64,000 bases of DNA from Rebecca billardiae RCC1528 (taxonomy: Eukaryota > Protista > Haptophyta), in the NCBI GenBank assembly GCA_965240325.2, contig OZ251226.1:1550001-1614000 (forward strand). The letters run 5' to 3'. Of this stretch, positions 50,308 through 60,944 are shown piece after piece; the first letter of the stretch is position 1, and each line of letters opens with the position of its first letter. A program made the translations under genes and the position numbers. The notes under the pieces are model-generated. The model had not been told where the DNA came from. It searched no databases and saw only the letters and a list, made by a program, of their open reading frames with translations.

Positions 50308-51171
50308 ATGAAGATGCAGGGCGGCACGCCCGCCAGGGGTCCCACGACGGCGTCGACGCCATCCAGCTCCTGGCGGTCGCTCTTTGGCGGCTCCTCCCCC
50401 GCCGCGGATCCGAAGCCTCCGCTTGTCAAGGCGAGCTTCCGCGACGACGTGCGCAGCTCCACATTTGCGTCGCTCAGGTCTGTGTTCGGGATCAAGGCGA
50501 CGCAGCGCGCGTCACCCGCCAAGCTGGAGCTGGTGCAGGCGGATGCTCCGGCAGCACACCCCGGCGAAGGCTCCGAGAGGCGCGCGCCCACCCCCGTCGC
50601 CATGGTCGACTTGCCCAATCCCGGTGCTGCGGTGCGCCGCAACGCCGCGGCGATCATGTCCTCGACGATGGTGCTGCGGCGCTACTTGCGCGGAGCGGTG
50701 AGGCGCCGCCGCGAGACCTCGATGCAGCGCGCGTCGGCAGCCACGCAGATCCAGGCCACGGCGCGACGCCACTTGTCCCGCACGGGCTCGTCAACCATTG
50801 TCGGGCCCGGGCTACGCGCGGCCGTGACGGGCGCCCGGCTTGTGCACACTGACGGTGGGCGCATCGGCATGTATACCGTGCGATGCTTGTCGCCGCACGG
50901 CGGCAGCTGGGAGGTCACGCATCGCTACAGCGAGTGGCGCGCCCTGTACCACGCGCTCATGCGCCTCGCGCCATTCGAGGACGCGCTGCGCGGGCTCATC
51001 TTCCCCCGGCGGCTGGGCGCGTGCCTCTCGCAGCTGCAGTGGGTGCTGGTGCGACGCATGCACGCGCTCAAGGCATTCCTGCAGGCCGTGCTGGAAGTAA
51101 CGACTCGGGCCGGCATCCCCGCCGAGCTCGCCGTGTTCCTGCGTGAGTCGACGCCCACGGTCTACGGATGA
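50308..51171 (+). CDS. PX (phox homology) domain protein with an IQ motif
   Basis: IQ: AATQIQATARRHLSR. PX: YTVRC...WEVTHRYSEWRALY...FPRR...RRMHALKAFLQAVL. Confidence 0.75.
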   Translation: MKMQGGTPARGPTTASTPSSSWRSLFGGSSPAADPKPPLVKASFRDDVRSSTFASLRSVFGIKATQRASPAKLELVQADAPAAHPGEGSERRAPTPVAMVDLPNPGAAVRRNAAAIMSSTMVLRRYLRGAVRRRRETSMQRASAATQIQATARRHLSRTGSSTIVGPGLRAAVTGARLVHTDGGRIGMYTVRCLSPHGGSWEVTHRYSEWRALYHALMRLAPFEDALRGLIFPRRLGACLSQLQWVLVRRMHALKAFLQAVLEVTTRAGIPAELAVFLRESTPTVYG

Positions 51172-51613
51172 GCACTCGACGGTCGCGCACAACTAGCTAA
51201 CTACCGACAGTACTCCCAACTCCGCAGACCGCACTCCGCAGTCCGCACGCGCGCCGGCCGGACGGCCGACGGGCCGCCGGCTGGCGAACTGACGAACTCA
51301 TTCATCGTAGTCAGCCGTCAAGCATACCACCGTACGTGATGTACAGTCGCAGCTGAATCATCAACTATATGACGACGACGTCTCAAGCATCAGACTCGCG
51401 TCGTCATCCACATTGTCAACAATAAAGTCAAATATAATTTTGCGGCGGGCGCGCGGTATAAAGATTCTGCAGCGCCGAGACTCGCGCGTGAGCCGGTGCC
51501 AGCCGTGGCAGCCGACGAATTGCCGTCGGCGCGTCATATAGTCATACTCATTGCCGTGTCCGTGACGAACTCGTACTGCTAGTGTCAAGTGTCTAGTGTA
51601 GTCGTCTATATAT

Positions 51614-54600
51614 CTACGTAGCCGTTATTATTGCGTGTCGACTGGTGATGAGCTGCGGGCACGCAGCCGCGCGACCTCGGACAGCGCCTTCTGCAACGCG
51701 AGCTCCTGCGCGCAGCAGCAGCCAGCAGGGCAGTGGGGTGGCGTGCGTGCTGGGGATCAGGGGCAGAACGGGCGTCCCCCCGCAACAACTACCCCTCGCA
51801 CCCAGGCATCGCGCCTCTGCACGGCGCGCGGCGCGCGCGCGCACTTCAGCCTGCCGAGCTCGGATCGCAGCAGCCTCCAGCTGCGAGCAGCGCTCGGCGG
51901 CGTGGGCCGTGCCGAGTGCGATGGCCGGGGGCACCTTGCCGAGCTCGCACGCGCCCAGGTGCGCGGCGAGCGTGAGCGCGCGCTCGGCCGCGAGCCTCGT
52001 GCGCTCGGCCCCGGCCGCGCGCCGGGGCCTCGCATCGAGCGCGACGAGCGCGGCCGCGGTGCCGCGCGCGTGCAGGAAGCAGCGCTCCACCCAGCGGCAC
52101 AGGGCGTGCGCACCGCTGGCGCCGGCCGGCGCTGCGGGAGGGCCCGAGGGCGGCGGCGCGTCGCCATCGGCCGAAGCCTGCGCGTCCTCGGCCGCGCCCC
52201 GCTGCGCCCCCGTGGCGCCGCTCGCGCCCGCGGCGTGCGCGCGCGCAAACGCTCGCTCCAGCCCGGTCAGCAGCGGCGGCAGCGGCGGCAGCGCGCCGTG
52301 CTGCGCGGCGGAGGCGTCCAACGGGCGGGGCAGCACGAGCAGCAGCTGCCCGCCGGCAGCGCCGTGCGGCGGCGCCTCGACGAGCGCGAGCAGCAGCACC
52401 ACGTGTGGCGAGCCCGAGCGCGCCCCCTCCGTCCCGCCCGCCGGCTCGGCCGCGCGCGCGCCGCCCGCGCACGCGCGCGCGCACGCCTCCGCCACCGCGC
52501 GCGCGTCGTCGGCCGTTCGAATCCGGCGCGCGGGCGCGCCGCGCAGTTGCGCGCCCTCGCGCGGCTCGCTCCCCGCGCCCGCGCCCGCCACGGGCTCCAC
52601 ACCCGCGCTCGGCTCGCACGGCGCAGCGCTCGGCGCGCCGTCCTCCTCCTCCAGCCGCAGAGCGCGCAGCGCGGGCGCGGCCGCGCCGCGGCCGCGGCCG
52701 TCTCCGCGGCCGTCGTCGTCGTCGAGGACGCACGCGCTCGCGAAGAGCGCGGGTGGCTCGGGCGCCCCCGGCGGGTGGCCGCCGGCCGCCGCGTCGAGGA
52801 GCGCGCGCGCGAGCCGCTCGACCACGCCCGCGGCGGCGCCCACGCCCGCCGAGCGCCCGTGCGCCACCTCGGCCAGCGCGCGCGCGTGCCCCAGCGCGAG
52901 CACACACGCCGTGCCGCCCGCGCACACGGCGTGCACGGCCGGCAGCAGCGGCAGCAGCAGCCGGTGGGGCGCGGCCTCGGCGGCGACGACGTCGAGCTCG
53001 ACCTTGACAAAGTCGGCGTCCACGCGCGCAGCCGCCGCGCGCGCATCGGCGTCCCCACCGCCGCCGCCGCGCACGACGATGGCGCCCTCGCCCACGAGCG
53101 CGCGCACCAGCGCGGCCGGCCGCGGCGGGCGCGGCTCGGCCGCGCCGCGCGCGCTCGCGGGCGCGCGGCGCGGCGTGGCCAGCGGGCGCGTGCACACGAC
53201 GCCGAGCGTGCGCACGGCGTTTGCGCGCGAGCGCAGCACGCCCAGCACGGCGCGACGGTCGCGCAGCACACTTGCCCGCTCCACCCACGCGCGCTCTGCG
53301 CGCGCCAACCCCGCCTCCGCGCGCTGAGCGAGGCCGCGCGCGCTGCGCGGCGCAGCCGATGCCGCTGCGCCCTCCACCTCAGCCCACGCGCGCTCCGCCT
53401 CGGCACGCGCCGCATCGAGCGCCTCGAGCGCGCGCGCCACGCGCTGCGCCTCCGCGCGCTCGCGCGCGCTCGCGCTCGCCGCGTCACTCCGCGGCGCTTC
53501 CGCCGCCGCGCTCTCCGCCGCCGCGTCCCCCGCCTCGGCCGCCGACAACTCGTCGCCGGCCGCTGCCGGCGCGCGCGCGCCGTCCGCGTCGTCGGCCGCG
53601 ACGCGCAGCGCGTGGGCGTCGACGCGGGCGCGGGCGAGCAGTGCCTCCGCGGCGCCCCCCCGCGAGCGTGCCGCCTCCGCCTCGGCCGCGCGCTCCTCCG
53701 CGCCGCGCGCGAGCACCGCCGCCTCGGCCGTGGCCGCGGCTGCGCTCGCCCACAGCGCCGCGGCCGCGCGGTCGTCGCGCGCGGCTCGCGCGGCGGCTGC
53801 CGCCGAAGCGCCGTCGGCGCCGTCGGCGCCGTCGGCGCGGAGCGCGCAGAGGGCCGCCTCGGCCTCGGAGAGGGCGGCGACCGCGGCTGCGCACACCTCC
53901 GCATCCGCGGCCAAGCTCGCGCCCACATCCAACACGCGCGTGCCCGCCGCCGCGCCGGGCCCCGGCGCGTCCGCGCCGGCCGCCGCCGCGGCCGCTGGCG
54001 GCCCGACCGCCGCCGGGCCGCTGGCGGCGCCGGGCGGCGGCGGCAGTGCGCGCTGCAGGGCGCGGAGCATCGCCTCGACGGCGCCGCGCGCGCGCGGCGG
54101 CGGTGGCTCGGAGGTGCCGACGCCCGAGCCGCGCCCAACCCCGAGTGCCACGCGCCCAGCAGCGCGCGCGGCCGCGCGCGCCTCGGCGTGCGCACGGCAC
54201 TCGACCTCCAGGGCTGCCGCCGCCTCGTCCGCCTCCGCGCGGGCTGCGGACGCTCGCGCGTCTGCTGCGCCGAGGGCGCGCTCCGCGTGCGCGGCGTCGT
54301 GCTCGGCGTCGAGGAGGGCCGCGTGGAGCGCCGCGCGCACGGCCTCCTGCACTCCGTCCGAGCCGTCCGCACGCGCTCTCGCGCGCGGCTGCGTCCGACC
54401 GGCGGCCAGCAGCCGAGCCTCCGCCGCCGCAGCGTCGCGCTCGGCCGCGGCGGCAGCGGCCGTCGCCGCCTGCGCCGCGCTGCGCAGCTCGCGCACCTGC
54501 GCGCTGACCGCGCCCGCCTCGACGGCGGCGCGGGCGATCCGGCGCTCGGACGCACGCGCGGCCGCCTCCGCGCGCACGCGCTCGCCCGCGAAGCCGTCCA

Positions 54601-55132
54601 TCGCCCCCTCGAGCGCGGCGCGCAGCCCCGCCGCCGAGCGCGCACTGCCGGTGCGCCGCACGCCGAGAGCGTCAAGCTCAGCGTGCGCGCGGCGGAGGGC
54701 GCCGAGGGCGAGGGCGTGCGCGGCCTCGAGGGCGTGCAGCTCGGCGAGCGACTCGCTCAGCTGCGCGCTCGCCGCGGCCTCCTCCGCCCACGCCCGGCGC
54801 AGCTCCGCCTCGAGCCTGTCGGCCTCTCGCAGCGCTCTCGAGTGCTGCGCGCGCTGCTGCTCGAGCGTGCCGAGCTGCGCGTGCGCGACGGCCGCGAGCG
54901 ACGTGGGCGAGGGAGGAGGCGTCCCGCGCGCGCGGTGCTTCGACAGGCCCTGCTCACGCTCGTCCGAGCCGCCGTTCCCGCCCTGCAGGGAGTCTGCACG
55001 CGCCGCGAGCGCCGCGAGCCGGTGCTCCGCCGTCTCCGGCCCGGCTGCCGCCTCGGGCCGCAGGGCGCGGAGCTCCGCGCGGAGCGCGGCAAGCTCACGT
55101 GCAGTGGCGCGCGACGAGGCGCGTGCATCCAC
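51614..55132 (-). CDS. Ala-rich coiled-coil protein with a degenerate C-terminal kinesin-14-like motor-homology region; 5' end and any introns unresolved
   Basis: Long E/A/R/L heptad-like N-half, then ordered remnants AVRTLGVVCTRP, VHAVCAGGTACVLALG, GVVERLARALL, RSGSPHVVLLL, GQLLLV, ALTLAAHLGACELG; no ATG at the ORF start. Confidence 0.5.
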   Translation of the reverse strand: MDARASSRATARELAALRAELRALRPEAAAGPETAEHRLAALAARADSLQGGNGGSDEREQGLSKHRARGTPPPSPTSLAAVAHAQLGTLEQQRAQHSRALREADRLEAELRRAWAEEAAASAQLSESLAELHALEAAHALALGALRRAHAELDALGVRRTGSARSAAGLRAALEGAMDGFAGERVRAEAAARASERRIARAAVEAGAVSAQVRELRSAAQAATAAAAAAERDAAAAEARLLAAGRTQPRARARADGSDGVQEAVRAALHAALLDAEHDAAHAERALGAADARASAARAEADEAAAALEVECRAHAEARAAARAAGRVALGVGRGSGVGTSEPPPPRARGAVEAMLRALQRALPPPPGAASGPAAVGPPAAAAAAGADAPGPGAAAGTRVLDVGASLAADAEVCAAAVAALSEAEAALCALRADGADGADGASAAAAARAARDDRAAAALWASAAAATAEAAVLARGAEERAAEAEAARSRGGAAEALLARARVDAHALRVAADDADGARAPAAAGDELSAAEAGDAAAESAAAEAPRSDAASASARERAEAQRVARALEALDAARAEAERAWAEVEGAAASAAPRSARGLAQRAEAGLARAERAWVERASVLRDRRAVLGVLRSRANAVRTLGVVCTRPLATPRRAPASARGAAEPRPPRPAALVRALVGEGAIVVRGGGGGDADARAAAARVDADFVKVELDVVAAEAAPHRLLLPLLPAVHAVCAGGTACVLALGHARALAEVAHGRSAGVGAAAGVVERLARALLDAAAGGHPPGAPEPPALFASACVLDDDDGRGDGRGRGAAAPALRALRLEEEDGAPSAAPCEPSAGVEPVAGAGAGSEPREGAQLRGAPARRIRTADDARAVAEACARACAGGARAAEPAGGTEGARSGSPHVVLLLALVEAPPHGAAGGQLLLVLPRPLDASAAQHGALPPLPPLLTGLERAFARAHAAGASGATGAQRGAAEDAQASADGDAPPPSGPPAAPAGASGAHALCRWVERCFLHARGTAAALVALDARPRRAAGAERTRLAAERALTLAAHLGACELGKVPPAIALGTAHAAERCSQLEAAAIRARQAEVRARAARRAEARCLGARGSCCGGTPVLPLIPSTHATPLPCWLLLRAGARVAEGAVRGRAAACPQLITSRHAIITAT

Positions 55133-55368
55133 CTCGGCGAGCGCCCGCGCCTCCGGCGCGCGTCGGCGGCCCCGCGACGCCAGGGCTCAAAGCAATGCAA
55201 GACCTTCAACCTGATACGCCGGCCATTGCTTTGATTTCATCAGTCATCATCACAGCAGACTTTTCACATTGTAAAGTTATCTCGCCTGCCTGAGCTGTGT
55301 GCGTCTCTTATTCTTAGTAAACTGTAGTATCACTTTTGGCCAAATTTGGCCGCGGTCAGCTTCCCAAG

Positions 55369-56652
55369 ATGGCGCCCATCCTGGTGGACAGCATACCGCC
55401 GTCGTTCGCCTGCGCGGACTTGCGTGACTTCTTCGCCCCCGAGGTCGAGTCCGGCTGCTACTTCGACTGCTTCCACTTCCTCAAGCGCCCATCTCCCGTC
55501 ACACCTGGCACGCTGTGCGCCGTCATCCGCACGAGCTCAGCCGCGCGCGCGACGCAGCTCAGGAGCAAATATGAGGGGCGGCCGTGGATGGAGGCCGACG
55601 ACGCGCGGATATGCACCTTCCGCGAGCTTCCCGAGCAGCTCCGTGTCGCTGAGCGGGCCGCAGAGGCGCGCGGGCGCTTCCAGACGCGCGCCGAGCGGCG
55701 CGCGGCGGCAGGCGTCGCCGGCGCGGGTGAACTGCCAGAGCTGCGGCCTCCGCACTGGCTCGCGCGAGGGAACGTGGGCACGTGCACGCGGGAGCTGCGC
55801 GCTGCAGTGGCCAGCTGCCGGCTGCCGCCCAGCGCCCTCGTCGCCCTGGGCCTCGACGTCGGCCTCAGCGCGTGGGCGCGGCCCGCGCGCGCGCACGGCG
55901 CAGAGCCGCCCCCGTACGGCGCGGGCGCGCCGCCGATGGACGCGCTGGCGCGGGGGGCGCAGGGCGGCACGCTGCGCGCCGGCACGTCGTGGGCTGAGCG
56001 GCGCGCGCGCGAGCGCCGCGAGCGCGTCGAGGCCGGGCAGGGCAGCTGGCTGCTGAGCCGCGCCGATGCGTGCGAGGACGCGTGGGAGCCGCAGGAGTGG
56101 GATCGGCACCTCGCCCTCACGGACGAGGGCGCGTGGGAGCGCAGCGAGCGGCCCACGTCTGCCTACTGGAACTCGGAGCACAAGGAGCGCTTTGAGGAGG
56201 AGATCGAGGCCACGTGGGAGAAGGGCGGGAGTGGCCTCGTCTTCTACACCGACGAGGCGCACTGGCGCGCGCAGGAGAGCGCCGAGGACAGACTCGTGGA
56301 CGGCTGGGGCGTCGAGTACGCGGAGGAGGGCGTGGGAGAGGCGCCGCCGCCGCCCGCCGTCCCTCGCGCGAGCGCGAGTTTGGGCGCGGAGAGGCGTGAT
56401 GCGCGCACGGCTGCCGCGGACGTGACGCCCCACGAGCATCAGGGGCGCACCCGTCGCGGCAAGAGGCCGCGCAGTGCGGCAGGCGAGGCGCAGGCTGCGC
56501 TGCACCTCGACGGTTCCAACGTCGGCTTCCGCATGCTGCTGAGCATGGGCTGGAGCGATGCCCAGCCGGCCCTGGGCAAGCGGAAGGAGGGACGCGTGAT
56601 GCCCGTGGGCGCGACACTGAAGCGCAAGCTCGATCGGCACGGCTTGGGCTGA
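55369..56652 (+). CDS. GPATCH3: G-patch domain-containing protein 3 homolog
   Basis: IPPSFACADLRDFF, FDCFHFLKRP, ELRPPHWLARGNVGT, CRLP, QEWDRH, FEEEIEATWEKGGSGLVFYTD, and C-terminal G-patch SNVGFRMLLSMGW...LGKRKEG. Confidence 0.88.
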   Translation: MAPILVDSIPPSFACADLRDFFAPEVESGCYFDCFHFLKRPSPVTPGTLCAVIRTSSAARATQLRSKYEGRPWMEADDARICTFRELPEQLRVAERAAEARGRFQTRAERRAAAGVAGAGELPELRPPHWLARGNVGTCTRELRAAVASCRLPPSALVALGLDVGLSAWARPARAHGAEPPPYGAGAPPMDALARGAQGGTLRAGTSWAERRARERRERVEAGQGSWLLSRADACEDAWEPQEWDRHLALTDEGAWERSERPTSAYWNSEHKERFEEEIEATWEKGGSGLVFYTDEAHWRAQESAEDRLVDGWGVEYAEEGVGEAPPPPAVPRASASLGAERRDARTAAADVTPHEHQGRTRRGKRPRSAAGEAQAALHLDGSNVGFRMLLSMGWSDAQPALGKRKEGRVMPVGATLKRKLDRHGLG

Positions 56653-56956
56653 AGGCCGAGTGAATGCGCGTGGCTACCAGTACCAGCGGCACCCGCCTTG
56701 GCCGACCTGCTTGAGTCGTAGCTTACCGTACTGTGGAACCGGTGTCGGCAGCAGCGGGAAGGTAGACGAGTCAATGATGATGAGTGATGACTTCAGACAG
56801 TCACAGTTCAGCGTTCAGAGTTCAGACTGACTTGGGCACTGTCTTGGCTGCCGGGAATCTCCTTGTCACGTAACTCGTAAGACAGTCTCCGAATCTCACC
56901 ATGGCCGCCGCGACAGCGTGACGTCCTTGTGGCAAGGCAAGCGAGGGCAAGGCGCC

Positions 56957-58156
56957 ATGAAGCCGCCGCCGCTGCTTCTGCGCCGACGTCTCGTCCCCGC
57001 ACTGACCGCGAGCACGCAAGTTGCCGGGCTAGCCGCGGGCCTGACCTCACCCGCCGTATCCGTCGTGGGGTTGGTCCTGTGGGACGCAAACTGGACGGGG
57101 TCGGCGTTTGCGCTCAACCTGTACAAATGCTCGCTCGCGAGTATCATGTTCCTGGTCACAGTGCTGGCACTGCCTAGCGAGGCAGCACGCGTGGTGGCAC
57201 GGCTGGACGTGCCCACGGCCGCGGCTCTCGCGGTCTCGTCCACCCTCGGCATCGTCATCGGGGACAACACCTGGCTAGCTTCGATGCGCATCTTGGGTGC
57301 CCGACGAGTCATTCTGGTCGATTCGCTCAAGCCCTTCCTCGCCGCAGGAATGGCCGGCACGGTGCTTCGTGAGCGCAGCTCGCCGCTTGCTCTTCTCGCC
57401 ATGGCCGTGGGCATCGCCGGCGTCGTCACCGTGTCGCTCGAGCGCGTCGCGCCGAATGCCCACTCCGACCGACCGGCCTCCGTTGACGCGCAGCTGCTTG
57501 GGTACGCGCTCGCTGTGGTGAACGTGGTCTTTGACGTGCTGGGCAGCGTGCTCACGAAGCGGTACGGAGGCGGCCTGGGCCCGTGGGCCATTGGGCTGTT
57601 GCGCTTCGGCTTCGCGGCGTGCGCCATGTGGGTCATGGTCGCTGGGCGCGCGCTGCTCGCCCTGCTCGGCCGCTTGTTGTGCCGCGAGGGTGACCGCCCG
57701 GTCAGGCCTGCCCATGGCATGACTGAGCTCATGCCAGCCGTGCCGGAGGTTGAGGACACGCTTGCAGAGGGCGCGCCTGCTGCACCGGAGCTGAAGGAGA
57801 CTGCTGGCGACGGCGCGGCGACTGGCGCGGTGGCTGAGGCTGCTCCGGCCTCGTCGCCAAAATCTGCGGGCGGATCGGAACTGGCATCACGAGCACCGCT
57901 GATGCCGGCGCTGAGCGCGCGCGCTTGGGCGCTGGTCTCGTGCGGCGTCGTCCTCGTGACATACCTGAGTGTCGCGTTGGGCAATGTCGCCCTGTTTGCC
58001 TTGCCTCTCTCGCTTTGCCTCACTCTTTCCAGCTTGGGACCGGTGTACGCGATCCCACTCAGCTATCTGATCAAGCGCGAGGTTGTCTCCTGGCGTGCCG
58101 CACTGGGAAGCATGCTGGCCGTGATCGGCGTCGGAGCGTTCTGCCAGCTCGGGTAG
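56957..58156 (+). CDS. EamA/DMT-superfamily transporter (about 10 TM)
   Basis: Two EamA-like halves: SSTLGIVIGDNTWLASMRILGARR...LKPFLAA...LRER and LTLSSLGPVYAIPLSYLIKREVVSWRAALG. Confidence 0.82.
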   Translation: MKPPPLLLRRRLVPALTASTQVAGLAAGLTSPAVSVVGLVLWDANWTGSAFALNLYKCSLASIMFLVTVLALPSEAARVVARLDVPTAAALAVSSTLGIVIGDNTWLASMRILGARRVILVDSLKPFLAAGMAGTVLRERSSPLALLAMAVGIAGVVTVSLERVAPNAHSDRPASVDAQLLGYALAVVNVVFDVLGSVLTKRYGGGLGPWAIGLLRFGFAACAMWVMVAGRALLALLGRLLCREGDRPVRPAHGMTELMPAVPEVEDTLAEGAPAAPELKETAGDGAATGAVAEAAPASSPKSAGGSELASRAPLMPALSARAWALVSCGVVLVTYLSVALGNVALFALPLSLCLTLSSLGPVYAIPLSYLIKREVVSWRAALGSMLAVIGVGAFCQLG

Positions 58157-59474
58157 CCCTGGGTGGGCACCCAGCCTGGCCCACGACCTAACTTATAAAG
58201 GATGGGGCATCATGCATTGAGCAGCTTACTACTGCTAGTCACTGATGCACTGAGACCCGACCGGCGCTGCCGTCCGCGGGACGGCCATTTCGGACTCACT
58301 CCACACTCCACATCAGGCATGGCAGACGGGCGCCACTCCTCAGGCTCAGACTCAGCAGTCTCAGTCTCAGACGTCGTCAAGCCGTTATACCGTATGGCTG
58401 CTTACGATTATTATTCGGTCGTTACGAATACGATCGGATATACGACTGCGTGGTGTCAAGGCACTTGGTGTCTCGGTCAGTGGTTTTAGAGGTTGCCGGG
58501 TGAGGGTGGTGGTTGGTTGGGGGCTGGCCAGGGTAGGGCTGGAGGCTTCGGCCCCCAGTCTGATCACCCGGAGCCCGTTATAAAGGGGAATTTATAATAA
58601 CTATCAATAGTAGACTGACTGCACTACGACTACGGGGGCGGCATGCATTCAGACTGTCGAGTTTGAAACGGCGCCCGCCCAGCTGCGCACCCAGGTTGTG
58701 CGGAAAAAAAAGATCCGCGCCCTTTATTTCGCACGAGCTCGAACGAACTCAGCATGGGGAGCCGCCAAGGCGCCATCCATCAACGACGTGTAAGCCGTGT
58801 CACGGCATTGTGAACCAAGTGGAGGGCGGGCATTTGGTCGGGTGCACCCGCTCGCTGTCCGGCGCGCTAGTGCCGGCGGTTCCGCGGCGGATCAATCATC
58901 GCATGTAAACACAGTCACAGTCCGTGTTGAACCCCTCCCCGCACCCGTGTCCCGGACCGCGCCGCGGCCGCCAACGCGCGCGCACCGAGACTTGATGCGC
59001 ACCTGCTTGGGCTTGGCCGTCTGGAGCCTCGGGCATTTCAGACTCGACACTTATACAACTACTACTACTATGCCCCCCCTTAGTAACTCCTTAGTACTGA
59101 CAGTATCGTCGGCTGCATGCATGTCCTCGATCGTCGGGACGGGTCATCCTCGATGATGAATATATTAATCACCCGACTCAGTCTCAGTCGCAGCACGATC
59201 GCCACTGTAGTGACTGTCTGTGAGTGCGACGTGCCCTGTGACATTGTCACTGACACTCTCGGCAGCGGCGCAGGCTCCGTATATGACATCAGGCTCGGTC
59301 CTCGCGTCTCGAGACTAGCGCTCGCGCCGTGGGAACCACACCTCACGGAATTTGTACGGGTTGATTCGCGGCCGGAACTCCTCCGGCGAAATCGACTGCC
59401 GTGACTGGGCGGCCTGCGGCGCCGCGCAGATCGCGGAAGCGAAGGGGCGGAGGGACGCAGCGCCGCACCGTTGG

Positions 59475-60944
59475 TCACGCGCCAGCACACGAGCCGGGCA
59501 TTGGGCAAAACTCGCGGGCGCAGGGGAAGGAGGGGGCGTGGATGCCTCGGCGCGCGGCCCGCACCTGCCCCCCGATGAGATCGCTCGGCGTCGCGGGCGG
59601 CGAGGGCAGCGAGGGCGGCGCACTCGTGATCTCGCCAAACACCACCGAGCCCGCGCGGCCGAGCTCAACCATCCTGGGTGGCGCGGTGCGCTGCGGTGTG
59701 ATCTGTGGCACGCGGTTGAGGACGGAGTCCTGCACGGGCGCGCGCTCCTCGCGTCGGCCGCGCTCGTCCCGGGGCGGCGGCACGGCCGTCGGCTGTGCGA
59801 GCACGGGCTGCGTGACGCATCGGCGTGGGCGTGTCGGCGCCGCGCCGTACGCCGCGTGCGAAGGGGCGATGGGCGAGTGCGCCTGCGCGCCATACGCCGA
59901 GCTGGGCGCCGCAGCAGGGTGGCCAGCACCGCGCTGCGCCTCGGGGCACTTGCGCCGCCACCCCGCCCGCCCTGCTGTGGCCGTCTGGTCGAGAGCGCCC
60001 GTGCGCGTGTCGCGCGGCAGCGGCTCGCCCTGCAGCTGCAGCATGAGCGAGTGCGCGACCTCCGTCGGCTTCGTCACCGAGTCGCGGCGCTCGGCGTGCA
60101 CGATGGGCACGGCGGCGGAGCGCGAGCGCGCGAGCGGCGCAGGCACCGCGTCACGCCCCAGGCCGCCCACCCGCGGGAGCGTCGAGAGCCGACGCGCCGG
60201 CACCGCCTCCTCCTGCCGGTGCGTGCGGTAAGTGCCTGCCAGCAGCTTCCCCACCGAGCGCACCTTCGACATCTGCTCGGCCTGGCGGCGCTCGTGGCGC
60301 GCGCGGAGGCGCTTGAACTCTCCGGCGGACTGGTGCGGCTTCCCGTCGAAGCGGCCGTCCACCAGCTGGTCGAGCGGGATGTAGAACTTGGGCAGCAGGC
60401 CGTAGCAGAGGTGGCGGATGAGCCACGCGAGCGAGACCAGCAGCGCCACCACCGTGATCAGGGCGGTCAGGTAGTGGTAGGTGAGCAGCGCGTTGAACGC
60501 GATGGAGATGTGGAAGAAGACGATGCCGATGAAGAAGATGTGGATCGTCTTCTGGTTCTCGATCGCCATCCCCTTCACAGCCTTGTCCATCGAGCCCTCA
60601 GGGCCGCGCAGCGCGAGGCCCTGTCCAAGGATCGTCGCCATGATGCCGTTGATCATGGTCCACAGCTGGCACACGATGGCGGCGGTGGTGGAGAGGATGT
60701 ACACCAGCTCCAGATAATTCTTCTGGTCCCTCCAGTCATCCAGCGAGAAGTTCGTCACCTCGGACCAGTTCTTGTCCGACGTCTCGTAGTTGGACAGAAT
60801 CGTCATCGCAAAGCCGACCAGCAGGGCGGAGTTGGTGGCGATGTGCTGCATGTTCGCGGTGTAGTAGTCGAGCTCCTTATCACGCACACGAAGCAGCTCG
60901 ACCGCGAGGCTGCTGTGCAGCGCGAGCTTGTCTGCGTACAGCAT
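59475..60944 (-). CDS. 4TM membrane protein with Orai-like TM1/TM2 and a long disordered C-tail
   Basis: SALLVGFAMT resembles Orai TM1 SALLSGFAMV; ILSTTAAIVCQLWTM resembles TM2; GLALRGPEGSM loop; two further TM segments; strong codon bias in the 5' half. Confidence 0.72.
   Translation of the reverse strand: MLYADKLALHSSLAVELLRVRDKELDYYTANMQHIATNSALLVGFAMTILSNYETSDKNWSEVTNFSLDDWRDQKNYLELVYILSTTAAIVCQLWTMINGIMATILGQGLALRGPEGSMDKAVKGMAIENQKTIHIFFIGIVFFHISIAFNALLTYHYLTALITVVALLVSLAWLIRHLCYGLLPKFYIPLDQLVDGRFDGKPHQSAGEFKRLRARHERRQAEQMSKVRSVGKLLAGTYRTHRQEEAVPARRLSTLPRVGGLGRDAVPAPLARSRSAAVPIVHAERRDSVTKPTEVAHSLMLQLQGEPLPRDTRTGALDQTATAGRAGWRRKCPEAQRGAGHPAAAPSSAYGAQAHSPIAPSHAAYGAAPTRPRRCVTQPVLAQPTAVPPPRDERGRREERAPVQDSVLNRVPQITPQRTAPPRMVELGRAGSVVFGEITSAPPSLPSPPATPSDLIGGQVRAARRGIHAPSFPCAREFCPMPGSCAGA

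Noticed and set aside
51635-55234. 1199-aa plus-strand ORF and other overlapping ORFs
   Set aside because: Very high GC suppresses stop codons; only the minus-strand frame shows coiled-coil and ordered motif structure.
58490-58560. G-rich tract as a telomeric remnant or G-quadruplex
   Set aside because: No regular TTAGGG-type unit; G-runs are expected at this GC content.
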